From: Lama glama
Lineage: Eukaryota
NCBI GenBank assembly: GCA_028534125.1
Contig: CM052818.1
Location: 35,714,001 to 35,778,000, forward strand
Reading direction: 5' to 3'
DNA: 64,000 bases
Positions 1 through 12,700 of this stretch are shown piece by piece. The translations under genes and the position numbers were made by a program. The notes beneath the pieces are model-generated. The model worked only from the letters and a program-made list of their open reading frames with translations. It was not told the DNA's origin and made no database searches. Each line of letters opens with the position of its first letter. Positions within the stretch are counted from its first letter, which is position 1.

Positions 1-3000
1 CTGGTGGGGTCTAGTGATCTTTTGGCTTCTAACTGGCCTGAAAACTCAAGAATCTAGATAAACAGACATGTCTGCAGTCAGCTGTGGGTAGCGACATGTA
101 TGTGTGTGTGTGTACACACAGCACATATGTAGGGCACACACGGGATACACAAGGACACACACATACTTTAAACAGATTTCACCCACTTACTTCACACAGA
201 CACTGCACACGCACGGACGCACCGGCCACCTGGGCACTGCCCATCTCTTTCTCCATTTAAATCTGTCTCCCTCTGCCCCTTTCACAAGGGTGTTGCAGAA
301 ACTTAGCTTTTCACCAGCCAAGCTCATTTATCCAAATCCCTGCTGGCCACCCTGCTGTAATTAACTCCTGAATGCCTCCTCAGAGTATCAGCTACAACGA
401 CTCGGAGCCCCTGGGAGCAGTGCTGGCCTCCTTCTCTGTCTCAGTTCTGAGTCACCGACAAGGAGAAGGGGGCTTGATCCGTTCCTTCCAGAGCCTGGCC
501 GAGGTGAGGACACCCAAGCCCAGGAGGCTGGGCCTCCTGGCCGGGGCCACGGTGGTCTCTTCTCCCAGGACCAGGACCCCCCGACCCCACCTGAGTCTGC
601 TCACCCCATCCCAGAGCAGGCCTGGGTCCTTCTCCCCAGGATCCAGGCAGTTTTCTACCCACAAGACCTACTGGAGACTTTCTCTCTTTCTGGACCTTAT
701 TTGGTTCTTTTCCCAGAGAGTCAGGGCCTTGACTTCCATTGCCATGTGTTTCTAGGATACCCGTCAGAGAGCCTTGCAGGGCCTGGCAGAGGCTGCGTGA
801 GGCAGTTGACCCGCTTTCCTCCACTGTGTGGAGCCTCGTCTCAGCGCCCGTGTCTCCAAACCCCGCCTCTGGGCCAGCCCTCCATCCGTGGTTCCCCTCC
901 TGCAGCCTCCTCTCTGGGGATGGGAGGTCACTGCCTCTCAGGGCAGCACATTCTTTATTCGAACTGTTCTGACTTATAGAAAACCCTTCCTCTGCTGGAA
1001 GCAACAGTCTGGTCCCACCCGTCTTCCCTCCGGGGGCCTCCAGAGCCACACACCCCTTCCCCACACAACAGCTCTCCTCAGTCTGGTAGAGTCCCTGTGA
1101 CACCACAGAGCACTCTCTTCCCTGGGCCGGAACCCAGCGCCTCAGCCCACCCTCGGGTGCCCGGGCTCCAGTTCCCTTACCGCGTGATCAGTCTCTGACC
1201 AAGGCCTGGGCGATCTGTTTCCCTGGGTGGGGAGGACTCAGCAGCTCCACCACCTCCTCTCTCAGGACCTTAAAATGCTTTCTCTTCAGCGAAGCCTGCT
1301 TTGGAGATGGTCATTATGATCTCCACATCTGTCTCTTCAACGCCCAACTTCCATTCCTCCTTTCAGTCCAGACCATCAGGTTTTAAAAGTAGCTTCAAGC
1401 TAATGAAGTGTCATTTTCAACAGTCCAGTTTTCTGGCAAACTTCCACTGTGTCACTGAAAGTCACCATCCACGTGTGAAGCAAGCACAGGGCACCTCAAG
1501 CCTGAAAAGGCACAGTGTTGAGAAAAGCGGCCCCTGCACAGATACCATTTTTGTAAAAGAAACATGATAGGAAGGGGTCTGGAGATGATTACAGGAATTC
1601 ACATAATAATGAGTGCTGAGCATTGGAATTCAAAATAGCAGCCGTTTTAAAGAGATGGGGCATGCTGATTTCAATTCCGTTTTGAAAATGACATTACAGA
1701 ACAACTACTTTAAAGAATAAAAAATGGTTAAGGGAGAAGAAAAAGTAAATGAAAGATTATCCGTATTATTGAATGCCCTCCCCCTTCCTCCTCCATTTGT
1801 TCATGACAGACTTTGACCACATCTTCCTCCTCCACACCCAGTCCTTTGGGACTGTGATCGTCAGTGGGTTTTGGTTTTCTTAGAGGGAACTGGGTGAGCG
1901 CTGGACCTCTGCATCTTTGACCATATGAGTCCAAGCTTCTGGAGGTGTGTTGCCATTTCCACCTTGACATGAATCTCACTGCTGCCCTGTCCTTGGGTTT
2001 CAAGTGTTCTGCTTCTTTCTAATCCCCAAGTCCCAGTTGGGGGTTTTGCCTCCTGCTTGGGCATGGCATTGGAGGCAGGAGTCTCCAGCAGTGATCTTGC
2101 TCTGGGTGCACCAGTCAGCCACTCCCCGCTGCACCACCACGGCTGTGCCTTTCCCTTGGTTTCCTTTCCTTTAACTCCTTCTCCTCAAATGGTGCTTCCA
2201 AACTTCCATGTGGTTACCAGTTGCCTGAGGATCCTTGGGCCTGGCTGGGTGAGCCCCAAGTGGTGCCGAGACCACAGCTCTGCAGGCTGGAATCAGGGTC
2301 GTGAGGCCTTAGGTCTCATGGGATGGGCTCAGCTGAACCAGGGGACCTCCCAGAGCTGGGGCTCACTGCAGGTGTCTCATCCATTGGGTAGCAGTGCTGA
2401 GTGATTCCAAGTTACATCTGAGGAAGCGGGACAAACCACTTCACCCTCCACGCCTCGATTCGGTCACCTGCGAAATGGAGGCAGTATTACACATGGGTGA
2501 ACGTGTAGGGGAGATGAGAAACGTGTAGCGAAGAAGAGGGATGATTTTGATACTGGTCACGAGCATCCATTTGCCTGGTGAGTTGTGGTGCTTCTGAGAT
2601 CTGCAGAAGGAAGCCAGCCCAGGGTGCTGGTCTGTCACTGTCTCCTCTCCTATCTGCTGCGGGGCTGTGACCTCCTTGCCACGTACCTGGCCCTTGGTCT
2701 CCTTTCTCGGGTTATGTCCAAGCAGACGTGGGAGTCCGGAGCCGGCCCAGCTGCCTCGCAGGGATCATCTGTTTCTAAGAAAACCGTGGTAGTTACAGAC
2801 GAGCTGGGAGTCAGAGTCACAGCTGGAGGTAACAGGACGTTTTGTGTTTATTTCCAGTTTAAAACATACTTAAACACGAAGCAGCAGGGGCATAGCAATC
2901 TTACCGTAATTTTGAAAAACATGTAAAGTCTTCTCTCAGTTCCGTCTCCCACATGAGATTACGCTTCTCTCCTGTGAATGTGTCCTTCTGCCTTTATTTA

Positions 3001-6000
3001 GGTGCACTTATGTCCAGCATCACATACACAGAGCACAGTTTTGTGGCTTGCTCTTCTCTCTCATCATTTTCTTGTAACAGTTTTCATCGAGGTCATTTTT
3101 AAGGTTGCATCATCTTCCATCCAGAGGATGTATTACAATCTAGCCATTTGCTGGGCATTTGGGCTGCTTAAGAGTTTTTCCACAAGTGTAAGTGGTGTTG
3201 CAATGAAGTTCTTCTTGCACATAAATCTTTTCACTTCTTTTAGATTATTTCTGTTGGATAAATTCCCAGAAGAGCCATTAATAGGTCAGAGGCTTGGAAT
3301 TTTTTATGACTCCCGAAACATAGGAACTGCTATTTTAGCAGACCTCGCCACATCCAGCAGCTCTGGGCCTGAGGCCGCTCTGGGTGGCCGCTGTCCCATC
3401 CACCCCTGTCCCCTCCTTGGGACCCACCAGGCAAGTGTACTTGGATCCCAGCCTCTCTCCTTCTCCAAGGACACATATGAGGTGTTGGGGTCTTTAACTT
3501 GGACTCTGAGAATGGATGTCAAGGATCCTCTTTGTGTATATGAGGATTTTTCTAGAAGATCCATTGCTAACATCACACACTCTTAAAAGGGGCTGGGATT
3601 CGGAAATGACTTTAGAAGCTCTGAAATATAAGGGCAAACAAAGTCAGCACCGTTAGTGACACCGGTAAACTGGGTGCAAGTGAGGAGGGGGACGAGCACG
3701 CCTGGGCACGGCGAGGGGGCTCTCTAGAGAGGTGGCAGGTGGGTGAGGTGGCCGTTCCAGAGAGAGTGACGCTTAACCTTTTGAGGTTGATGTAAGGTTT
3801 CTGTAAACCACATGGGTAAATGGGCCGCCTTAACTGACAACCACAGCTGCTTTCTTGTAATTTTAAACATTGACATTTAATGATTATCTGCTTTCAGAAC
3901 TCATCTATTCTCTTGGAAAAGTTACAGAAGCATATGATGCAAAAAGTGAAATTCCCCACGTTGTACCCCAGAGATAAGTGGGCGGTCTTCTTGCTCTGTG
4001 AGCGTCTGGGGGGCCTGCTTTTTGCTGCTGCCGCCGCCTCTCTCCTGCCCTGGCTGCCCGTCTTGGAGCCCCGGCCTAGCTAGTAGCGGGCAGTGTGGGC
4101 CATCCCTGGGGAGGCCTGGCTTGTTTCTAAGGAAATTGGGGCACAGGGCACCTCACAGGACTAGACTGTATTCTGACCTTCCCAAGGTTCCCGGGGAGCC
4201 AGAGAGGCTTTTCTGGGAGGACAGGGTTCTGAGGGAGGGCCCAAGGGGGTGGGGAAGGCCTGACCAAGGGCTGTGGCTGCCAGGCGCGGCCCCTCTCTGC
4301 TCACGTGCTGGAGACCCCAGCCTGCTGGGGTCCCCATCATGCTCTTCACACGTGGGCCTCTTCCTTACATTTGTGTGCACCCTGCATGCACATGTGGTGG
4401 GTGGACAGAGGCTGAGACTTGCGTGGAAGGCAGGATCCCTCTTTGTGTCCCCCCATCACCCCACTGGAGCCGGACAGAACTCATAGGACCTGGCTGAGGG
4501 CCCAGAAGCTTTTCTGCGACCCTCACCTCCCACTGGAACTCTTTATCTGCGAACCTGTGGCCAGTTTCAAAGCCTGGGGGAAGTTTAGACCTTGTCTTTC
4601 TGAGACACTCCTGGCTCAGTGCCCTCAGCAGCACTTCAAGTGATGCAAGAACAGCTGAAGTCTATTGAGCACTTGCTGTGTACAGACACTGTTCCAAGTG
4701 TATTATGGAAACGAGTCCCTCAGCCTTCCTGTTTTACAGGCGAGGACACCAAGGCAGGGGAAGGTGTCGTAATGGCCTTACTCCCACACGGGAGTAAGTG
4801 GCAGGGCTGGGGTCTGAGCCAGGTAGTTGGACCCCCTGTCCCCACCAGCCTGGCACGGGCAGGGCCGCACCTGGAGTCCTGGCCCTCACTGCTCCCACCC
4901 CACCCCACCTCACACCTTCTCCCCATCAGGACCCCAGCAGCTCCAGAGCTGGCAGGGCTGCGTGTCTCTGACTTTTCTTGAAAACCCTCCCAGAGACTCA
5001 TCTTCTTCCCAGGCTGAGAGCTCTCTCCATAGTGGCTGGCTTAGGTCTGGGGAGAAGTCCCCTGGCATAGGGCCTCCCCTCCCTGCACGTGGCTGGGCTG
5101 GGGGTACCAAGTGCCGGGCCCCGGGGTCTTCAGCGCCTGCTCTGCCCTGGCTCCTGGGCCCCAGGAGACCCAGCTGCTACTTCCTGGGCTCAGGTGGAGC
5201 CAGGCAGGGTGCACTGGGGTTATTTTGCCTTCTCATTCCTGAGCTGTACTGCTGCCATTTGAGAGGTTCTTCACAGTGGGAGAGACATTGCTGCGCGAAT
5301 GGGAGGGTAATGGGAGTAACCATGGTACGTGCTTCAGGCAAGGGCCAGTGCTGGGCACACTGGGCAGAGGGGGACTTACCTCTCAGAGTGGTGTTCACTG
5401 CAGGAATTGACTTTCTCCATGAAAACAGAGGACACAGGGACCTCCCTATGCAAATGGCAAGCAAGCCAGGGGCTCCTGGCCGGCAGACCTTCCTGGGCAG
5501 AGAAGGGAGGGGCTGCCCTACAGCTGAGCTGTTCCCTAGGGGAGGTGAGGCCCCAGCCCTCTGGCCTACAGCGGGCAGAGGCCTGGATACAACACCAGAC
5601 TCTTGGGGGGCCTGGTGGCTGCCCCCCATCCAGAGGAGAGGAGTCAACCTCACACCTCAGGGCTCCTGCCCCAGAGCGGGTGTGTCTAAAAGGCAGGGAG
5701 AGCTGGGTTCTCTGGTCTCAGGGCCGAGGGACAATAGCAGAGAGCGGGAATGGGCAGGGCCCGCCCCCGCCCCCGCCCCCCTCCACCCTCCTCCACCTCC
5801 TCCAGCCCCACCCCCAGTCCAGGCCCGCGGTGGGTGTTCTCCGTGTCACTGCTGAGGCCTGGGACCTGCAGCCTCAGTTTCACTGTGGTCCCATGACCCC
5901 TAGTCAAGCCCCAGGTGCTGAGGACATAGGCAGTAGCCCTTGGCTTTCTGGCCACCCGTCCTGGACCCAGATAACTCCTGTGCCTCAGGTGACTGGACAC

Positions 6001-6594
6001 AGCTCTCCTGGACCGTGAACCTCCCCTCCCCGCCCCACTTCCCCCCTTTCAGCGGCTGACCCTGCGGCACTGGCCTGGTCACCCGGAACTGCTACACCTC
6101 TACACCTCGGGGTCAAAGGCTGCGCCCTCCAGCCACATGTCTTGTCCCCCCAGCTGTCTGCCTCCTCCTGCCCCCACCACTTTTCCCAGGCTGAGCTCAC
6201 TTCCTGCTGCCTTGTCCCATGGGCCTCAGTTTAGTCACCTCTGTGCCATTAGCTACAGTTCTCTTGCTCCCTTACAGTTTCCATCCTGCAGACCTCCCCT
6301 CGAGGTTCCCCCTCAGGTGTCTCTCCACCACCCTTCCCCGGGCACCGCCATCACCTGCCTTTCCTCCACGGGGCACGGGGCCGGTGCTTCCTGACAAGGC
6401 GCCTCTGCCTGGATTTCTCCCTCCTGTGATCCCCACTCTAGCACCTCTGCTTCCTGGGGTGGGTCTGTGCTGCAGGGCCTCCGTGGAAGGTCACCTGGTT
6501 CCCAGTTGACATCTGTCACCAGGATCAGGGCATTTCTTCCCAGAGTGTCTGCGCCTGCCTCTGCCCTCCCTACTAACTCCTTCCTCCCCCACAG

Positions 6595-6725
6595 GAGAAC
6601 CTTATGCTTTCCATCCTGCCCAAGCACGTGGCCGATGAGATGCTGAAGGACATGAAGAAGGATGAGAGCCAGAAGGACCAGCAACAGTTCAACACCATGT
6701 ACATGTACCGCCACGAGAACGTCAG
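6595..6725 (+). CDS. ADCY3: ADCY3 exon [16 protein letters not shown]...YRHENV(S)
   Basis: ccccacag|GAG acceptor, CAG|gtgcgc donor, 131 nt. Confidence 0.95.
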
Positions 6726-9700
6726 GTGCGCTGGCTGTGGGCGTGGGCTCTGAGCACAGGACGGGGGTTTTTGGAGGGTTGGCTGAGCCCTGTGGGGCTC
6801 AAGAGCCTTCCCAGGGACTAAAAGCACGGCCACACCATGGTGTGAGCCTCAGCCCCTGTGGGAGCTGCCTTGCTGCGGAACGTTGGGGCTGAGACAGGTC
6901 ACGTGGTCCAGCCCCGTCACTGTGTAGACACCACCCACAGGATGACCAAAAGTCAGAGCCCTGAACGTGCCCTGGCAGTGCCAGGGTCCCACTGCTCTGG
7001 GCCTCGAGCGAGGGCCTGGTTGCCTGGGCGCTGGAGCAGGAGCTGGCGGTGGGCCTGGTGTGGAGCCCAGCTTGCCACCCTGGGCCTCAGCCTGTGGCCT
7101 CTGTCCTCTTCCAGTATCCTCTTTGCCGACATCGTGGGCTTCACCCAGCTGTCTTCGGCCTGCAGCGCCCAGGAGCTCGTGAAGCTGCTCAACGAGCTCT
7201 TTGCCCGCTTTGACAAGCTGGCGGCTGTAAGTACCCTGATCCACCTGGCTTGCCAGGTGGGGGCACCACCCTTGTGGCCTGGGCCTGCCCCCCGCCCCCG
7301 GCTCCCACCACATCCTCCCACCTGTCCTCCCTCTGCTTTCTCTTCGGCTCTGAGGAGGGACTCACACCGTGGTCCACGCCCTGCCCTTCCAGAAATACCA
7401 CCAGCTCCGGATTAAGATCCTGGGTGACTGTTACTACTGCATCTGCGGCCTGCCTGACTACCGGGAGGACCACGCCGTCTGCTCCATCCTCATGGGGCTT
7501 GCCATGGTGGAGGCCATTTCGTAAGTTGGGTGCCTCTGGTGAAGGGGGGCCTCCCAGAGCATACGTCCCAGCCCTGGACCCGTGTGGGAGGCAGGCCTTC
7601 CACGTTGGTCTGTCTTGGTGGGCCCGGCACACCCCAGGCCCCCAAGGAGTGCTCTCAGGGTGTAATGGGGGTGTTGCATGGTTGGTAAGTCCCTCGGTCC
7701 CAGGCTCAGGGAAGCTGGGCAGAGCTTGCCTTCCTCACAGCTGAGGGAAACTGCAAGGCTTCTCCGAGGGGTGCTTTTCTATCCTTAGTCCACTTTTTTT
7801 CTGCTGGAAGTTGCAGTCATCATAAAATTCCGCCACCTCACATTTGCTTAATTGTCCCCCAAGTGTTCCCCATCTCCTCTCTCAGTGTTTTCTTATCATG
7901 ACCTGCTCCCCACCCCCTAGGACAGATAGGGTTAAGGATGTCCATGTCCATCTCTTGGATCAGAAAGTCCAAGTACAGCAGTGAAGTGACTGCTGAGGTC
8001 ACGAGATATATGGGGCAGCAGAGGTGGGACTGGAACCCTGGCCTCTGAGCTCCTGGCCAGGGCTCCTGCCTGCACTGCTGGGAGGATGGTGGAGTCACCT
8101 GGCTCCTCTCCGATGCTGTCACTGCCCCTGAGCCTGGTGCTCCCTCCCATCAACTCACGGCCTCTGGTGGGCCCTGGGGGGCATCAGACCCTGCAGCTCC
8201 TTGCTGAGGCTTCTCCCACAGGATGGAGTCCAGGAATTGGGTGTGTTGCTTCGCTGCCGCCTTGGAGCGGGTGGTTTTGCATTTTTACCATCTTCTAGGT
8301 TAAAGCCCCCTCCAGGACTGGCTGGAAAGAAGCAGGTGCTGCCTTTCCCCAGGGGCCTTAGTTCAGGGCAGAGCCTTTTACCTCCACTCTTGTCACCATC
8401 AGGCACGGTTCTGAAATTCCTGTTTGTCTCCTTCTGGATTTCCCAAGCAAGGAGCTGTTCCCACTGTGCACATAGTGCGTCGCACAGGGCCTGGCACATA
8501 GTAGGTGCTCAGAGAAGCGTCAGCTGCTCAGATGAGTACATGGATGATTAGAAGAGAGCAGTTGGAGGCTGCTCAGGGGCAGAGGGTCCCACTGCTGTTC
8601 CTGTCCCCCACCCGCACCCCAGATCACACTGGCCTGTGATGGCTGACTCTGGGCTCGGGCTGTAGCCTGCTGTAACCTCGGCTGCAGGTGGCTCAGCTCA
8701 GACGCAGGCAGAAAGCGATAGGGCAGCCAGTAGGCCCTTGGCCTGGAGAGGAGGAGTCCTGAGCAGAATTCCTCCTGCTGGGGGAGAGGGGGGCTGGCCA
8801 CTGTGCCGCGGGCAGCCTGACCCCTCCTCCCTTCTGTGTGGACCTGGAAGGTATGTGCGGGAGAAGACGAAGACCGGGGTGGACATGCGTGTGGGGGTGC
8901 ACACAGGCACCGTGCTGGGGGGCGTCCTGGGCCAGAAGCGCTGGCAGTACGACGTGTGGTCCACCGACGTCACCGTGGCCAACAAGATGGAAGCCGGCGG
9001 CATCCCAGGGTGAGTGCATGTTCCATACCCGGGGCAGGTGTGGGGGCCGAGGGAGGGGACTGTTCCATGCAGGAGCAGCCTTCCTTCTTGGGTGCCGGCC
9101 TCCTGGGCCTCTCCTGCCTGGAGCGCTGCAGCAGTCGATCATCTCGCCCCCTTTACCCATCGTGGGGCCGCCGGGCTCTGTGGTCACACATGGCTATAGC
9201 TCCTCCAGGGTGCACATGTCCCTGGAGGGCGTCGTTATCAGTGACAGGCTCTGAGGTAGCTATCCATGGTTCTGATGCACCTGCGCGTCTCACCTGAGCT
9301 TTTTGACAGACTCTGCAAGTCAGGCGGGGCTGACTGCTTTCCTCTTTTGCAATTACATTTGCTGCTTCAAACTGCTGCCACCTCAGGGTGGACCACGGAT
9401 GCAGTGAAACCTTCCCCTCCTGGGCCAGGGAGCTTCCCTCGAATACAGCCAAAATTCTCTCCCTAGTGGTGACTCCCCAGAAAAGAGTTTCTTACCCCCC
9501 AACACAGGTGTTGCAACTGATAATCACATGGAGTGGGTGATAATCAGACTTCATGGATCTTAGTGTTCAGAGCAGACTTCTAATTTCTTATCTCATTTGT
9601 TACCCTCGGAAGCCTGTGAGGACAAACTGTCTTACTGATTAAACACTGAGGCTCAAGAGAAGGGCAGGTACCATGCTGCCCACACAGCCAGTGAGGGTCA

Positions 9701-12700
9701 AGACTTCCTGTCACTGCTCTTAGGAACAGCATATCCCACGTGCCCAGGAGATACAGGCCCAAGCAGCTGCCTGGTCCAGCCACTGTCCCTTGACTGTCCG
9801 CAGGGTGGGGCGGGGCTGCCCTCCTGCCTGTGCTCAGGGCCTCTCTCGCCATAATCCAGGCGTGTGCACATCTCCCAGAGCACCTTGGACTGCCTGAAAG
9901 GAGAGTTTGATGTGGAGCCAGGCGATGGGGGCAGCCGTTGCGATTACCTGGACGAGAAAGGCATTGAAACCTACCTTATCATTGCGTCCAAGCCAGAGGT
10001 GAAGAAGACAGCCGCCCAAAATGGCCTCAATGGCTCTGTGAGTCCCCATCCACCCCTGGGCTCGGGGGAGGGAAGGGAAGGGGTTAAAGGCGAGATCGTT
10101 GAAGAGTTGGTGGGACTTAGAGGTGGCAGAGTAGGTGAGAGGAGGCGCAGGTTGGCAAAAAAGCAATTCTGAGTCCCGTTGAGCAGGAGGCTAGTGGGAG
10201 CCTCCTTTCAGAGCAACAGTTGGTTTCTAGGGGAAAACTGGAATCAAGGTGATTGTGCTGTATCCCAAGGCACTGTCTGGAGGGGAGGCCACTGGAAATG
10301 TGTAAGTGGCGCTCAGGAGGGTGGCTGGGTTGGGATGAGGGCCACCTGCCCAGGGATGGGAGGCAGTTGAAGCCACAGAAGTGACGTGGATACTGGGGAG
10401 AATGGTTGAAAGCAGCAGGATTGGATCAGGAAATAAGAAGGAAGAGGACAGGAAGGGAAGCTCCCAGTAGTCCTGCCTTCTGCTCAGCGCTGGGTGCAGG
10501 GCCTCCCTCATGCCCTCAGCAGCTTCCCCACTGACCACACACCTCCTGACAGTCCATCTGCTTAGAAGCCATCAGTGGCTGCTACAGAAATTGACCCCTC
10601 TACTATCCTCTGCTGAATCTGGAAAATACTTCTTTCCTTGTAATCTTTCACCTAACCCTGCAGTCACGAGAACTGAACAGCTGTGCGGTTTGATGCTCTC
10701 TGGGATGGCATGTCATTTGGGACTGGCCCACGGCTGAGGCTTTGCCTCGTTCTGACGACAGCAAAGCCCACTCTGGTGTAGCATCAGAAGTGGTGGCTGA
10801 AGAGGCGACTCCTGATAAAGTTTTAAAAGAAAACTGGGCACCTTTTCTTCTCCCGCAAATGTATACAATGACCAGCAGATCAGTCCAGCAAATTGACAGA
10901 AGATTCATCCATTCAGCAGATCTAAGCGTAACCACTATTTATTGGCTGTTTCTGTGCATCTATTCTTCTACTTAATCCTTAAGACAACCTATGAGAAGGG
11001 GGCTGTCATTACGCCTGCTTTGCAGAGGAGGAAACTGAGGCCCAGAGGGCTGCACAAGTTGCAGAGCCAATGGGTGGCAGAGCCGGGGTCTGAAACCAAA
11101 GCCTGAGTCCCTGACCCTCCAGCCACATTGCTCCCAGGTGCCTGTGGGTCCCTCCCATGTGCAGGAGGTCACACAAACCTGGCATCAGGAGGGACATAAA
11201 GGTAGATACAACAGGGCTCACCCCCAAATAATTTAAATCCCACTGGTGCTGGGAGCTTGGGGTGAGTTGGAATGGGGCCTGGGCCGTGGGCTGTTGGGCC
11301 GCGTGGCCTGGGGCCCACAGGACGGGAGCACAGACGGCAGCTGTTGAGGGAACTGGATGGAGTTAGACTTTGTCTTAAATCCTCCACCAGACAAACGAGC
11401 TGGTCTGTTTCTCATGGAAACATGGGCAGTGTTCTCCTTAAAACTACTTTTGCTGACATTTTGAGGCAAGCCAGGTTCTCAGTGTCTTGTAAGTTGACTT
11501 ATAACTTTCTTAGTGCCCTTCTTGAAAAACGCATTTCTTGAGGTGGAAAAGCTGGGTGGAGAGTTCTGCACCTGGAAAGTTGAGCCTGTGTCCCCACCAC
11601 TCACCTCCGGCCACCCTCCCCCTGCTCTTGCTGGCTCTTTAACTCACTTTTAGTTCATCTGAAAGATGAACCCGTGGTATCTCATTATTTTAATGACATT
11701 TCTTTAGTTATCAGTAAGACTGGACACTTTTAACATGGTTGTCAGCCTGGTGACTTTCTTCTGTGAACTGCATATTCATATCTAACCTCAGAGTGCTTTT
11801 TCCATCTCTGATTTGTAGAAGCTCTTTGCTTATGAGAGAAATGAACCCTTTGTCATGTGACGTTCATCAAGTCCATCTCAGGCACCCACTCCGTGCCAGC
11901 GCTGTGGTGCACGTGTCTCGGGGAACTTAGAAGGGAAGCTGCTGTAGGTTATACCTGTTGTCTTCCCTGCAAGGCGCTGCAGCAGCCGTCAGCTCTCAGT
12001 GTGCGTCAAGTGAACAACTTAGCATGGTTACCGTAAGGCCACGTGGTCGGCTCAGCAGTCGAGATGTGCTCAGAGGAGGCAATGTGAGCGGACCACCAGA
12101 CTTGCTCCACAGTCAGGGAGTCAGAAGCAATAAAGCACAGACGATGCAGAGGAGATAACGAGGGAGCAGTGTATGAGCGATAATGGGGAGGAGGAAGGGA
12201 AGTGATAAGAGTGGCTTCTCTGGGCATCACAGGAGCAGATCCAACTGTATCTGCAGAAACCACTCTCCATGGTTTAGTTACTACTTGGTTTAGTAAGTTA
12301 ACAGAGTGATGAGGAGGAGGGTGTGAGGAGAATTATCTCACAATGAATCCTCTCCAAAGTGTGAAAAAGACATCTCCCATCTATGCTAACCTTGATATCA
12401 ACCTCATCCAGTTGTTTTAAATGCCATCTCCAACAACTCTCCAGTTGAGATCTCAGCCCAACCCGCATCCCTGCACTGATCTCGCAGGCACATAAGTCTC
12501 CATGTGTGCGCACCACAGGTGGCCCAGAGGTGACAGTCCAGAGCCGAGCCCCCTATCCTCACGCTGCTCTGAAACCTGCTCTTCCCCAGCTCTTCCCGAC
12601 TCAGTGCTAGCTCCATTCTTTTAACTGCTCAGACCAAAAACTTTGAAGACATCCTTGACCCCTCTCTACAATCTGTAAGCCCCTTCCAGCAAGATAGGCT

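Noticed and set aside
4827..5855. 342-aa ORF and other long ORFs in 1-6500
   Set aside because: GC-rich intron with few stop codons; P/G/S/A-biased translations, no recognisable domain, overlapping ORFs on both strands
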